From contig BFEA01000002.1 in the NCBI GenBank assembly GCA_003427395.1, positions 2,122,100 through 2,176,010 on the forward strand: 53,911 bases of DNA, read 5' to 3'. Position 1 is the first letter of the stretch. The number at the start of each line of letters is the position of its first letter. The notes below the pieces were generated by a model that saw only the letters and a program-made list of their open reading frames with translations, made no database searches and was not told the origin of the DNA. This document shows positions 35,951 through 49,051 of the stretch, piece by piece. Both the position numbers and the translations under genes were made by a program. This DNA comes from Chara braunii (taxonomy: Eukaryota > Plantae > Charophyceae).

Positions 35951-37554
35951 CTCTTTAATACTACAACAATTATATATTTTTTTAACCACCTTACTCTAAA
36001 GTGGTTGAAATTGGAGTTTACTTTGATCACTGCCTCTCCACCAATTATCTTTACACTCTCACATAAAACATCATGTGGAATGTTTCCTTCCTCACAACAA
36101 TTGTGCTAAGGGCTCACGTACTCTGTTTTTAGAAAATTTAAACACCTTTGGACCAAGAGGTGACGATCTCGCCCCTGCGGAGCCATGCTCCCCCATATCC
36201 ACATTTGCATGTCCTTCTTTCGCCATTTTCGAAACCAACGCCAAAAAATACTTGAAAACAAGGGGGTTCAAACTAGTATTGCAACCCAACTGAAGATCCT
36301 TCAGTAAGTCTAGTACCACTCACTCAACACATTAACCTTGTCGTTCATTAAATAAATACATGAAGAGCAACATGCAATGTAAAGGATAACAACAATTACC
36401 ACAATTCAAGAGGCAGATAAAAGGTACTAAGCAATGATCCTTAAGTAAAATCCAACGTGTCGATCTACTGATTGTAAGCAAGATAAAAAAAGTTTTAAAG
36501 ATTGCAAGTAAGAAGATATTTCGCCTTAACGACGAACGTCGATATGGCGCACGTCTAGTTCACCTGGTCTCGCTCAACTTTCCACTGTCGAGCATTACCT
36601 CTATCCTCAAATTCGTAAAACGTAAAAAAAATTGTTGCTAATAGAGGTTTCAGACATGAATGGATGCAACAAAAAAGAAAAGAAGAGTCAAAAAAAAAAC
36701 TTGCACAATTGACACGGTTATGCTTGTCGATGAAGATGAAAGTCACTAGAAGAAAGAAAATTAAGTAATACGGACTGTACGCCAAAACGTTTATCTCATT
36801 TTTTATTAATCACTATATCTCGCCTCGGTCTTATTATTCCTTTCTCTCTTGGACAAAGAGTTTCTTTAGATAAAACCACTTTATCGAACAACTGATATGA
36901 TAAGTCAACCATACGAGGAAATACAACAAAATTCCTAAAATAAAGAAGACTTGAAAGTTTTACTGATCCTAAACGTAAATTTAATGAAACCAAAACTTAA
37001 AGTTACCAAGATAACCTAGCAGGGAAATTTAAACCCCTACCTTATATGTAATTGCCCTACCAATTAAGCATTCTTATTCTTACCAACGCTACAAGCTTAA
37101 AATTTTATGTGCCATAAGTGAGTTGATGAACAAGATCTACTTACCACTGAAGCTATTCTAATGCATGGAGTGCGACTATTGCTACCCAAATTGTTGTGTT
37201 GCATGCACGATGTGTACCGTAGTGAAGACAACGACCGGTACGGTCCATCCTCACGGTGAGGACGGGTTGTCGGGTAGACCCTCTGCTGCTAACACAACCG
37301 AGGTCAAGAGCGGGTCACGGATGCTAATCGAGCGCCGTCGATCGGCTCCCTATCTGAATTTTTTGGCATCTCCCCCCCCNNNNNNNNNNNNNNNNNNNNN
37401 NNNNNNNNNNNNNNNNNNNNNNNNNNNNNNNNNNNNNNNNNNNNNNNNNNNNNNNNNNNNNNNNNNNNNNNNNNNNNNNNNNNNNNNNNNNNNNNNNNNN
37501 NNNNNNNNNNNNNNNNNNNNNNNNNNNNNNNNNNNNNNNNNNNNNNNNNNNNNN

Positions 37555-37604
<50 letters not shown>
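37555..37604. repeat. (CA)n microsatellite next to a gap
   Basis: Direct run. Confidence 0.95.
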
Positions 37605-37607
<3 letters not shown>

Positions 37608-39883
37608 CAAGCCAGCGAGCGCGTGCTCGTTAAAAAACAAAAAGATAAACGGTCCTTAGAGTTGGGTCTTCCGCGCCGCAGTGGTTAGCCAATATGGAAT
37701 GTTGGGCCTGATTCGCAGCATGTGGGCAGCATGGCGCTCCCTGCAAATAAGTTCGCAACTATCAATTGTTCGTATCCCTAAGGGTTGCAGTATAGAAGAG
37801 TTCGACATCTATGTCAAGGTGGCAAATTTTCCTCGATAGGCGATCATCACGTTAGGGGGTTTGTGGGGGGGCAAATTTGTTGGTGGCCGGTCCTCCGCAT
37901 TTTTGCGGACGACCAACAGGTATCGCTCAGAGAATAGGCGTGGTAACGAATTCGATGGATCGATCCTCCTTTGTGGGCCACAAAAGGGGTAAAAGGCAAA
38001 ATATGTGCCCGAGGGGGTCCAAAAAATAATTCGGGTTTGTGAAGTCTCAAGAACGAAGTAAAAAAATTGGCCGCTCCTTTGCTCCAATTGCTGCCTGCTG
38101 GAGATGAACACTTGATCAGTTGCTGCTAAACTATGAGTTATAATTGTTGGGCTAGACCCTTGGTTGCTAATGGTTAGCATGAACATCCTTATGAAAAGTA
38201 CCCTACTCCAGTTCATGTCTCGCCAAGCCTGAATACAATTGCGCCCTTACTACTCAAGGCATACTGGCGGATCCCGGGGCATACAGACCCACTAAGAGGA
38301 GGCAAAAGTTGCTTCGCTGCAGTTTCTACATCGTGAACACGAGGCGTAACCAAGGCTCAATCTTTTTACTATGGAATGGGTAAGAGTCCCGCGACTCCTA
38401 CCCTTTTCTCATGTTGGACCCCATTAAATTGGGTCCGCTCACGTTCACAAAGCTAAGGAAAACCCCAACTAAAAAGCATAATAAATTTAAAAAAACTATA
38501 AGATCGTGGTTTCATGAACCCAAACATTCACCTCGTTTTGTCTTGTACTGGTCGTGCCTCGTTCGGTACGGTTTACCGAAGCATTGCAAACTAAGCCGTC
38601 AAATAACGTTTTGTTTCGCAACTCGTAGACTATGCATCGCATTGTAGACGCCTCGTCCTAATGGTCAGTGCTATGTCGAACCATGGGCCGCGGTAACCAT
38701 ACCGAGACTGTTGTCGGTCCAGACACTAACATACAGTTACGTGCTGCATACACGAGGCAAGCCTAACCAACTAAAATCATCACGGGCTTGCGCCATCTAT
38801 TGGTGCCAAGGTCGATGGCCGATTGGTCACCTACCATGCGACGCAATAGTGCACGCTCACACTAACACACACACTCCCTTTGTCACAACTACATTCGTCG
38901 AGGGTGCGTTCTGTCAGAAAGAGGCACATACCGCCCCCATTCGGTTGTCTACTGAAGCATCACAAACTAAGTCGTTGTTCCCCAACTCGTAGACGATGTG
39001 TCACATTGTAGACGCCTCGGCCCAATGGTCAATGCTCAAATCGAAGAAGAATAGTCAAAACCCAAATATTTGTACAGTTTGATCATATTCACTAAAAAAA
39101 AAAAACTATATGCAGACTCGGGGAAAAATAACGAGGTTCGTGAGGCACATATAACCTGACTATAGAATTGTTCATACATCACTCAAAACAAAAGTATATA
39201 TAACTGAGCCCTACACACTTTAAAAAGACCGTACGAGTGTTTGCCAAACAATGTCGAAAAAGAGTCATACTGCAACTGGCGTTTCTAACCACCGAATTGA
39301 GTGATTATCTCTCCCACCTTTCAGGCATCCTTCATCTCGCGTTTAGTTATCGTAGGCTACGGTAGTCCATGCATGATGGGACTACTAACCAAACACTCGC
39401 CACTGTACACCTCTTGAGGAATTCAGTCCAATACTCTGGCCTCTTTCCAACCCATAGCAGCACGTATGCATTAACTATGGACAGGATTCGAGGAAAATCC
39501 CGAATGAGTGGTCTCTCTCTCTCTCTCACACACAAAAAGAACAACAAAAGGATACCAAAAAAAAAAAAAAAAAAACAGAAAACAAATAGAAAACAAAAAT
39601 CAAAGGGATAATTTGCGAAATACCCCTGTAAGTTGAGATATATGCCAAAATGCCCCTAAAAGATCTAGGTAGAGTGGAATACCCCTCTGACACAAAATAT
39701 GCTTTGCGAAATGCCCCTGGCATCAGTTGGACCTATCATCTTTGCAAAATACCCCTACCGGGTACTGTCCATGTTTGCAAAATGTCCCCGTACTTGCCAA
39801 TTTTTCCCAGGCCCTTCGTACTTTCGTTTTACCGTTAGAGGCTTTGGTTATTTTTGCAATTTGCCCCCTCACTGAGTATTTGT

Positions 39884-39885
<2 letters not shown>

Positions 39886-39923
<38 letters not shown>
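39886..39923. repeat. (GT)n microsatellite inside the MITE, next to a gap
   Basis: Direct run. Confidence 0.95.
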
Positions 39924-40412
39924 NNNNNNNNNNNNNNNNNNNNNNNNNNNNNNNNNNNNNNNNNNNNNNNNNNNNNNNNNNNNNNNNNNNNNNNNNNNNN
40001 NNNNNNNNNNNNNNNNNNNNNNNNNNNNNNNNNNNNNNNNNNNNNNNNNNNNNNNNNNNNNNNNNNNNNNNNNNNNNNNNNNNNNNNNNNNNNNNNNNNN
40101 NNNNNNNNNNNNNNNNNNNNNNNNNNNNNNNNNNNNNNNNNNNNNNNNNNNNNNNNNNNNNNNNNNNNNNNNNNNNNNNNNNNNNNNNNNNNNNNNNNNN
40201 NNNNNNNNNNNNNNNNNNNNNNNNNNNNNNNNNNNNNNNNNNNNNNNNNNTATGGAGGGCAAACTAGGTAAAACAGGGTGCAAGGCCATGCCCCAACGAC
40301 GCAGTCCAAATTGCAAATTTGCACTTGGGCTTGATAGGGGCGATACACAAAGAATTAGGCCCAAAAGGGCATTCTGCTCTACCCAAATCTTTTAGGGGCA
40401 TTTTCGCATACA

Positions 40413-41531
40413 TGCAACAACCCATGTTATATGCCTCGTGGAAAAACTAAGGGCCTTGTCAGGCCACAACCAGGCCCAGGCCGAAAAGGGGAAAAAAACC
40501 CCAGCTAAAGATTCAGGGCCTGAGCGAGGTACAGTTGACAAAAGTCAACTGTCGGGACCCAACAGTCAAAGTCCAAAGTGGACCCAGCCCAGGCCGTTGG
40601 TCAGACGCACACACTTGTTTGTATGCAGGTACCCAGACAGCATCAGGACCAAGGGGAAATCTGCAACTGTACACCATCCAGGCCCTCGACTGTGATTAAA
40701 TCTGTACGACTGTGGGGAGGGGAGCCAAGGCCAGACAGCCTCGTCAAACACTACAAAGGGACTGGTCTCGAGGTGGTCAACATTCAGTCTTGCTATGCTG
40801 CTTGGACGCTGGCTCGACTCTGACTGGACGCTGGCATTAACACTGGCACGACGCTGGCGAGACGCTAGACGCTGGACTGTGGCAGCGTGTTGGCGCTATC
40901 TGCTCTGAGTGTCGGGCATTGCTGATGTGGCGCTGCCACCTGTCTACCTTGCTGATGTGGTGCACATCACTGTTCTGCAATGCTGATGTGGCGCATGCCA
41001 CTGGTCTACATTGCTGATGTGGCGCATGTCACTTGTCTACATTATTGATATGGCGTTGCCACTGGTCTTCGTTGGTGGTGTGGCGTATGCCAAATGTCTC
41101 TACATCTGTATACATGAGGTGAATGGTTGCGACAAGGAGGGAGATCGGGATCTGTGGATCATTGGGTTCAGATACTCACCTCAGGTTGACGTCGTTACTG
41201 TAATCCGTTGTTGTCTTCATGGTTTTCACGAGATAAGAGTGTCACGTGGCACTTTTGTGTGATCAGAGCTTATCAGACTTGTTACTATTATTGATTGATG
41301 ACGTGGAGGGAGAAGGAGTTCGAAGGAGTGGGAATGGTTGGACTTTTATCGTGTGGTCTTTGATTATCTCTTCCACCTTCTTCCTTGTCTATCCCCACTC
41401 CAATCTTTTCGTCTATTGGTAACGAGATACTGTTTCAGACCTCACTTCAAGTTAACTAGAGACTTCGGTGCAGATTTGAGACTACTTTTGCTTGATGTTT
41501 GATGAGTATCTGCCAGACTGGGTTGATTACA
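40413..41531 (+). repeat. 5' LTR
   Basis: tgcaacaacccatg...gattaca, a direct repeat of 50944-52092. Confidence 0.93.
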
Positions 41532-41534
41532 AAT

Positions 41535-41546
41535 TGGTATTGGAGC
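41535..41546 (+). promoter_or_regulatory. Primer-binding site, tRNA-iMet type
   Basis: tggtattggagc, 3 nt after the 5' LTR. The plant consensus is TGGTATCAGAGC. Confidence 0.75.
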
Positions 41547-42750
41547 ATACTTTTTCATCGCAATCTGTTGCCAGGTGCTGACGTGGCACCCAAGTAAGTG
41601 GGAGGTGCCGCATGTGCAGGAGGAAACGCGTTTATTAATGCGCGCAGTTGATGCCGCAAGTCTAGACATGTAGTGGGGCACGTGCGTGCAGCCTCCCTTG
41701 AAGATGATGACGTGGCCACACTGAAGACTTCCTGGTCCAGAGAGAACATGACCGTTGATGACGCACATTGCCTATGTGGCATTCTGGCAGGGCTTGGTCT
41801 GACACGGCACATACCTATTTTGCGAGTACCTGCTGTTGATGCGTTGAGCTGACGTGGCATGTCAGTGTTGTATATGTTGCAAACATGCATTGCTGACGTG
41901 GCACGCCCCCCCCCTTGTAGACTTTTCAGGTCCTTGATCTGCTGACGTACCAGACTCTTTCGATCTGATGTGTTAGCATTCTAGAGGTGACGTGTAGCAT
42001 GCAGAACACGCTGTCGTGGGTGAAATATTGTGGTTGTTTTGCTTCTGCAGATGGTACCGCCATAGAGGAAGGAAGCTAACCATTAATTGTGTCGTTGTGT
42101 TGGCTAACTTGCTCACCTATTGGTTGTTTTGTGGTTGCTGTGTATACTCACAAGTGTGTTGTTGTCTTGATCACATTGGTCATGGCTGCGGTACCTGTAC
42201 ATTGTTGTAGGAGGTCATCATATAGAAAACAGAGAGCAAAGTTAGACTTAGGAAATAATTGAGAACCTGTTTCCTTGTATCAGCCTTGGTTAATTCTTAT
42301 TGCAGGAGTTGCGTGTGTTGTGAAATTTATTTTTGTCTTTTAATTTTATTTATTGTGCGACATCTACACGTTGGAAAAAATGACTTATCTCTGGAAATGT
42401 TTGCGTGCCTCTATTCTCACACGTTTCATACCTCTCTTCTTCATTTCAATCTCTCTTACTGTCAACGCCGACGGGAATTAAAGACCCGTGGCCAAATTGA
42501 AGCGAAAAGGCAGACTTTGATCGACTTTCTCCACCAGTTTCTCAGTGAGATACACGGCGTCGGTTTAGAAATTGAACAAATGATTCGTGGCCAATTCATT
42601 CTGCGTGCCGCAGAAGGTGAATTGAAAACCGTAGAGACAACCGTTCAAATGATGGAGACCGGTGAAAGGGTCGAGGACCTCATAAAGCAAGAGCAAATGA
42701 CCCTTAACCAGTATGTCACTGAGAATCTGGAGAAGATGGAACGGGAAAGG

Positions 42751-42813
<63 letters not shown>

Positions 42814-42835
42814 TAGAAAAAAAAAAAAAAAGAAA

Positions 42836-42873
<38 letters not shown>

Positions 42874-42875
<2 letters not shown>

Positions 42876-43925
42876 CTTCCCTCTCTCAGTCCTAAGAGGC
42901 TAAGATGCTGCGGCAAGGCAAGAGGCAAAGAAAGGGAGGAACTAAACTAACAAACCGGAGAAAATTCCAAGATCCCGATAAGCTGCTTACGAATCAGGGC
43001 TACCCTCTCGTCCTCACTGGTCAAAACACTGTGAAAAACCTGAGCTGCCAAGGCGGGTTTCCCACCACGCACCCAACGGATACAAGTCAAGTTTGCTCTT
43101 CACCCGGTCTCTCTTATCCCCAGACCAGTAGCGTTCCCACTGCCCCTTGACACACTCTCACTGTGCAAAGTGGCACCGCTGCTAGTAGTTCCGCAAGTTT
43201 CACCCTGAACCACTCTGAAATTACTTTCCTCTCTCAGTCGTAAGATGCTGCGACAAGGCAAGAGGCAAAGAAAGGGAGGAACTAAACTAACAAAACGGAG
43301 AAAATTCCAAGATCAGGATAAGCTGCCTACGAATCAGGGCTACCCTCTCATCCTCACTGGTCAAAACACTGTGAAAGCCTGAGCTGCCTAGGCGGGTTTC
43401 CCACCACGCACCCAATGGATACAGCTCAAGTTTGCTCTTCACCAGGTCTCTCTTATCCCCTGACCAGTAGCGTTCCCACTGGCCCTTGTCATGTTCTCAC
43501 TGCGCGAAGTGGCACCCCTGCTAGTAGTTCCGCTAGTTTCACCCTGAGCCACTCTGAAATTACTTCCCTCTCTCATTCCTAAGAGCTGCAGCAATCTTCT
43601 CAGAATAACTACGCAAATACCAGATGAACTCCTCACCTACAACGATTCCCTCGTCTCCCTCAGGGCTACCCTCTCTTCCTCACTCAGTCTGTCCAAAACA
43701 CTGTAAGGAGCCTGAGCTGCCAAGGCGGGTTTCCCACCACACACCCAACAGGTACAGCTCAAGTTTGGTCTTCACCGGGTCTCTCTGATCACCTGACCAG
43801 TAGTGTTCTCACTGTCTCTTGCCATTCTCTCACTGGTCCAAGAGGCACTGCTGCATGTAGTTCCGCGAGTTCCACCCTGAACGCTTCTAAAAATGCTTCC
43901 CTCTTCCAGTCGTGAGCTGCTGCAG
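42874..43925. repeat. ~340-bp tandem repeat, about 3 copies
   Basis: Units begin with cttccctctctca.tc.taag at about 42876, 43225, 43564 and 43896. They share cctgagctgcc.aggcgggtttcccaccac. Confidence 0.9.
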
Positions 43926-45516
43926 CAACATAGTACTCTGAATTACTACAAACATTCCAACCCTAAACCCCCTCAGAAATCGAGACGTGTGCTACCAGGC
44001 ACCCTAGGATCGGACAAGGGCATATAATTAGGCAATATACAACCAATATTCCATCGTACCCATAATTCTATGACCTATTACTACGTCTGATCTGTTTGTA
44101 ATACGTGTTTCTAATTACGAAACACTAAAGAAATGCATGTGACTGAACAGATAGTACTAGCCTAGAAAGTGCCGAGAAAACAAAGAGGTCACTCTTCCCG
44201 GAACCAACCAGATTCCAAATACAGAGATGAAGAGAGAGGGCCTAAAATTTTTCCACTACAAAATTTAGAAAACAGCAACTTCTATCAGGAGGTAATCGTC
44301 CCCTACTACTATATCAGAAGGTAATCATCCCCTAAATACGACCTAAACCAAATTATGCTCGAAAAATCCGGCCCATCTATCCTGATGTAGTACCAAGCAG
44401 TGAGCAGCTTCTTCAATAGTCCGCCCATGTTGACTGATCTTGGTATTGCTTCTAGCTCATCTTAATTGTTATCCATGACAGCTTTCCTTTTAAGCAACAA
44501 AGCCTGAGATCAGATGCCGTTTTGTCATCGCAAGGGCTCCCACTGCCATCGAAAGTTACTCTCACTACTTTCGATGGCATCGCTGGGATGCAGCTACAGC
44601 CTCAGAGCATCGGCTACCTTCTTGCCAACACTCACTCGTTGATGATTCCCTGTGGCGGCTTGTGTAGCAGATATCAGATACGAGCAGCCGCCCGGCTAAC
44701 ATCTCCATGTCAATTTGCCAACTCTTCTCGACGTCTTCTCAGGGACAGTCGCCGTCTGTTCTCGAGTTCCAACGACCACGCCTCGGGCCTCCCATACAGG
44801 CGCGCGGGGTCAGCAACTGGCTAAGGTAGTACAACCGACATCATCAAGTCAGGTCGCCTTCCCTCACCGAGTCTTCTTGTCGGTTCTTCTCATCTTCCAC
44901 ATCTCAGGCCTGCCACGCAGGCAGGAGCAGTCAGCTGAACCTAAGCTCCCAAGGCAGCATGGCAACCACAGTCCAAAACTTCAACATAGTCTCAGTGTGA
45001 GTAAGTGAGTAATCAATGTAGGTGAATCAGGTACAACAGAGGGACAGACTAGGGATCATACTCCGAACGCCCAGGTGCCCAGGTGTTCCTACCCCACTCA
45101 AGGGATAGTCGAGGATCATCGCACGACAGCATAGCTCATCTATGCCGTCAACTAGGCGAGGCACGCTTGGTTCCTCAACTCGTCATGGTCTCAAAGCGTA
45201 CACTTCCCCGCAGGTGCCGGCCGGCCCCGGCCCGGTAGGTTAGCGCTAATCCGCATCCGAAAATAGCCCTAGCCTAGCGCACACACACCTAGTGCACTCG
45301 CAGCGGTTCGCTTGCTGCTCCCCCGTCTCCGAACTCTTTCCTCGTCCGATGGTTTTGATTTACCGCTAAGGCGATCGCGCGCGGCGATCTGTGCCCGAAG
45401 GCGGCAAAAGAAGGCGGGAGGAGAAGGGCGGAAGAAAATTCGGGGGAAGGGAAAAGGAGGAGATGATTTTGATTTACCGCTAAGGCGATCGCGCGNNNNN
45501 NNNNNNNNNNNNNNNN

Positions 45517-47029
45517 GTCTGGACAAAATGGAAAAAAAAAAAAAAAAAAAAAAAAAGGAAAAAGGAAAGAAAGTAGAACCGCAATTGTCTGTGGAGATAA
45601 TGGACGAGAATGTCAGACAATTACAAAATACACTGAGAAAAGAATGAAAAAGATTGAAGAATTCTGGAGACAACAAGAAGCGCAAGAATAAGAAGAAAGA
45701 ATCATGGATGAATTAAGGTAAAGGTTTCATTACGAAGAAGCAGACAATGATTTTGTGTCCATTCTACAATTTATTTTGGTAAACCTTGTAGATCTTGAGA
45801 AAAAGATTGATGACAACACTACCTCATTGGAGACAGTGACAAGACTCTTGAAAAGGAAAGATAAGCTAGGAATTGAGGAGGGGACCAGGGGGGAGGTGGT
45901 CAAGAAGGAACCCCAAGAAAAAATAATGAAGGATATCATGAAGCGAGTTACGCCAGAGAAACCCGAAGTTTCTAAGAAAGAACCCGATATACCAACCAAA
46001 AAGAAAGAAGAACCCGCCAAGAAGGAATAACCGACCAAGGAGGTAGAAAAACCAGAGAAAAAGGAAAAACTGAAAATGAAATTGTCGTTTACATACAACA
46101 GCAAGAAAGATGAAAACTTGTTGTTATGGATCACAAAAATTTAGACTTATGTCGGGACCTCACCTGTCGAGCCCGAGAGTCGGGTTGCTTTCTTCACGTC
46201 TTGTCTAGGAGGAGTGGCAAAGGAATGGGTGTTGTCCGAAGCCAATGCCGTTGGTTTCGAAGATATTGGTGAGTGGGCTAAAAACCTTGAACCTCAAGCA
46301 ATTTCTCCAAAAGATAAAGGAGAGGTTTCTTGACAAGACGACGATCGGTAAGGCCTTCGACGAACTCACCATAATCGGCCAGAAACATTGGACTTCCGTG
46401 GATGCGTTCTTGTGTGAGGTTGATCGTCCTTTGCAGCTACCCGGGTTGAACTTGCAGGACAACTAGGTCTTGTACATTTACTCACGAGCACTGCCCGAGC
46501 TCATTCGCGAACCGCTCGTGACAGAAACGAAGTCAGAAAGTATAACTACCGACAATTTCGCGACCTCGTTCTCCAACGAGAGCAAATGACCGCTTAGGTA
46601 AAAGGTACATATGGTTCGGTGGCGAAGTCGGGACCGGTAGAAGGGTACGATAAGCGGGTTCTTTGGTGACAGAAGCGCCAAGACCATATGCTTGTTGTCT
46701 TCGATGACGATAAAGTAGAAAAATTACCACTCCCAGAATCTAAGGGAGGAGGTGGTACAGTCAGCAATGAGTCCGGGAAGGGTGACGTCACTGCTGTCAT
46801 GGCCAGCAAGGGAGGCCAGAGTCAGTGGAATAAGAAGAGGAGGTCACACTCGTTTCTTGAGCATCTCGGCATAGTATTCGGGAAACCATGGGAGAAAATG
46901 AACATGACACGTGAGGAATGGCAGTCCAAGATGGACAATCATCAGTGCCTCAAATGTGGCACTGTGGGACATGTGCTAGCCCGGTGCCCACTTATCCAGA
47001 ACTCAAAAGCGAACAGCCAGTGGGAGTAG
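45517..47029 (+). pseudogene. gag: Gag of the chromovirus (decayed)
   Basis: CLGGVAKEWV, FLQKIKERF, and zinc knuckle CLKCGTVGHVLARC. Confidence 0.8.
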
Positions 47030-48724
47030 CATCTGCTCCTACTCAGTCGAAGGGTTTTGACCAAAGTAAAGGTAAGGCGCCTACAACCCCTTCTAACCTT
47101 TCGACTCTCAAGACAGAGGATGACTCTTCTTCAACCCATCGTTCAGAGTACCCTGACACTGTCCTTTGCTCTGTCTCACTGGACGATTCCCTTGACGAAC
47201 TCAGCAATGAACTCATAGCACTTCGGAGTTCGTGGGTCAGAAAGAGAAGACTAAGGGTGAATTAATGATCGTGGATATTGAGATTGCGCACACGCGAGTA
47301 GGTGGACTGTTAGATCCAGGATCGACGAGGTTTTATATCTCAGAGAAGGCAATTCGCAAATTGCATCTGAAGTGAAGGTAAAAGATTTACCTCGACTATC
47401 ACGTCTATGCTGGCTGACATGAGTACAATCATTGCCTCTCAATACGTCGATCGTGTCAAATGTTATTTCGGGACCAAGGATGGTAAGAAGATCCTACATG
47501 ACATATCCTTCCTTATCAAGAAGAATCTACCCTTTGACATGATCCTGGATATGGATTGACACGAAGAAGCAGACCCAGAAGTCAAGTTCAAAGAGAAAAT
47601 TGTCAAAATAAAGGACGAGAAGTCTGAAACTCGACTGATAAAATTATATCGCAGGTCTGACTCAAACTCTACTCTGTCTTTCTGTTGTATGAGTTACCCA
47701 ACTTTTCGATCGATGGCAGTAAAGAAGAAGTTGGGTCAGGAGGTGATGATGGTGCTTGTCAAACGAGTCGGTGAGTGTTCCTCATCCTATCCACCTTCTA
47801 TCGAAAAACTTTTCGATGAGTACAAAGGACTTGCAGACTGAGCCAACGGGAATTACTGAACGTGCTATCAAGCACACAATTGAGATTATCACCGGACGCA
47901 AGATTTCCAAGGGGCCCATCTACCGAATGTCTCCCAGGGAACTTGAGGAACTTCGAAAACAATTGTAAGAACTTACTGACAAGGGATGAATTCGCCCGAA
48001 CTCATCATCTTATGGTGCCCTTCTCTTATTCGTGTCCAAAAATAAGGTGAAGTCCGATTATGTATTGATTATCGAGGGCTGAACTCTGTTACTATGAAAA
48101 ATGTGGAACCACTTCCGTGCATTGAGGACCTGTTGGACCAGTTGCAAGGTTGCAGGTACTTCAGTAAGATTGATCTTAAATCAAGGTACCACCAGATCGA
48201 GGTGACTCTTGAAGATCAACACAAGATGACTTTCCGAACCAGGTGTGAGCACTATGAGTTTGTGGTTATGCTTTCGGTCTGACTAATGCATCTGCGACCT
48301 TCCAAAGGTCAATGAACGAGTTATTCCGACAACGGCTTGATCAATTCGTAGTATTATATCTCAACGATATTCTGGTGTACAGTAAGACACTAGAAGATCA
48401 CGAGAAACATCTACAAATAGTTTTGCAGAAGTTGCGCGAGGGCAACTTCAAATTGAACCCCAAAAGTCTGAATTCGCTAAGCTTGAGGTACTTTACTTAT
48501 GACACATAATAAATGAGGAAGAACTAAGGCCAGAAGACAAGAAGATTACAACAATTCAAGATTGACCCCAACCTAAGATTATAACTGAATTAAGATTTTT
48601 TCTATGACTTGCTAGCTACTATAGGAAGTTCGTAAGAAACTTCTCTTTGATAGTTGCACCTATGAGAAGACTACTGGAGAAAGAAAAACCTTGGTTGTGG
48701 GACAAGGATTGTGCGTCGTAATTT

Positions 48725-49051
48725 CGAAAGTTTCATGGAATATTTTATTTGGACCGCCATTCTAAGTAAGGATTTCCAGTCATAAATAAGTTAATCCAAT
48801 CTAAATTAAATGATATTTGTTGTAGTAGAATGAAAGTCTATTTAAAACATTTCATAGACTCGTCCAGACTTTCATTCCATCTTGAACAAATAGATGTAGT
48901 TGGAAGGGAAAACTCATATTTAGATGAAAATTTATCAAATTAAATTGAAAATTTTAGAATTTGACAAACATTGGAATGATAATATATAAATATGAAGGAT
49001 TTTTTTTTTATTGAATGTTTTTTCAACTTTCATTTCTCATGGGAATTTTTC
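48725..49051. mobile_element. AT-rich ~330-bp insertion in pol
   Basis: Non-coding AT-rich block between WDKDCAS and CRPFIVTTEAS. Weak inverted ends. Confidence 0.55.

Noticed and set aside
43960-43971. Telomeric ccctaaaccc
   Set aside because: A single unit, compatible with chance.
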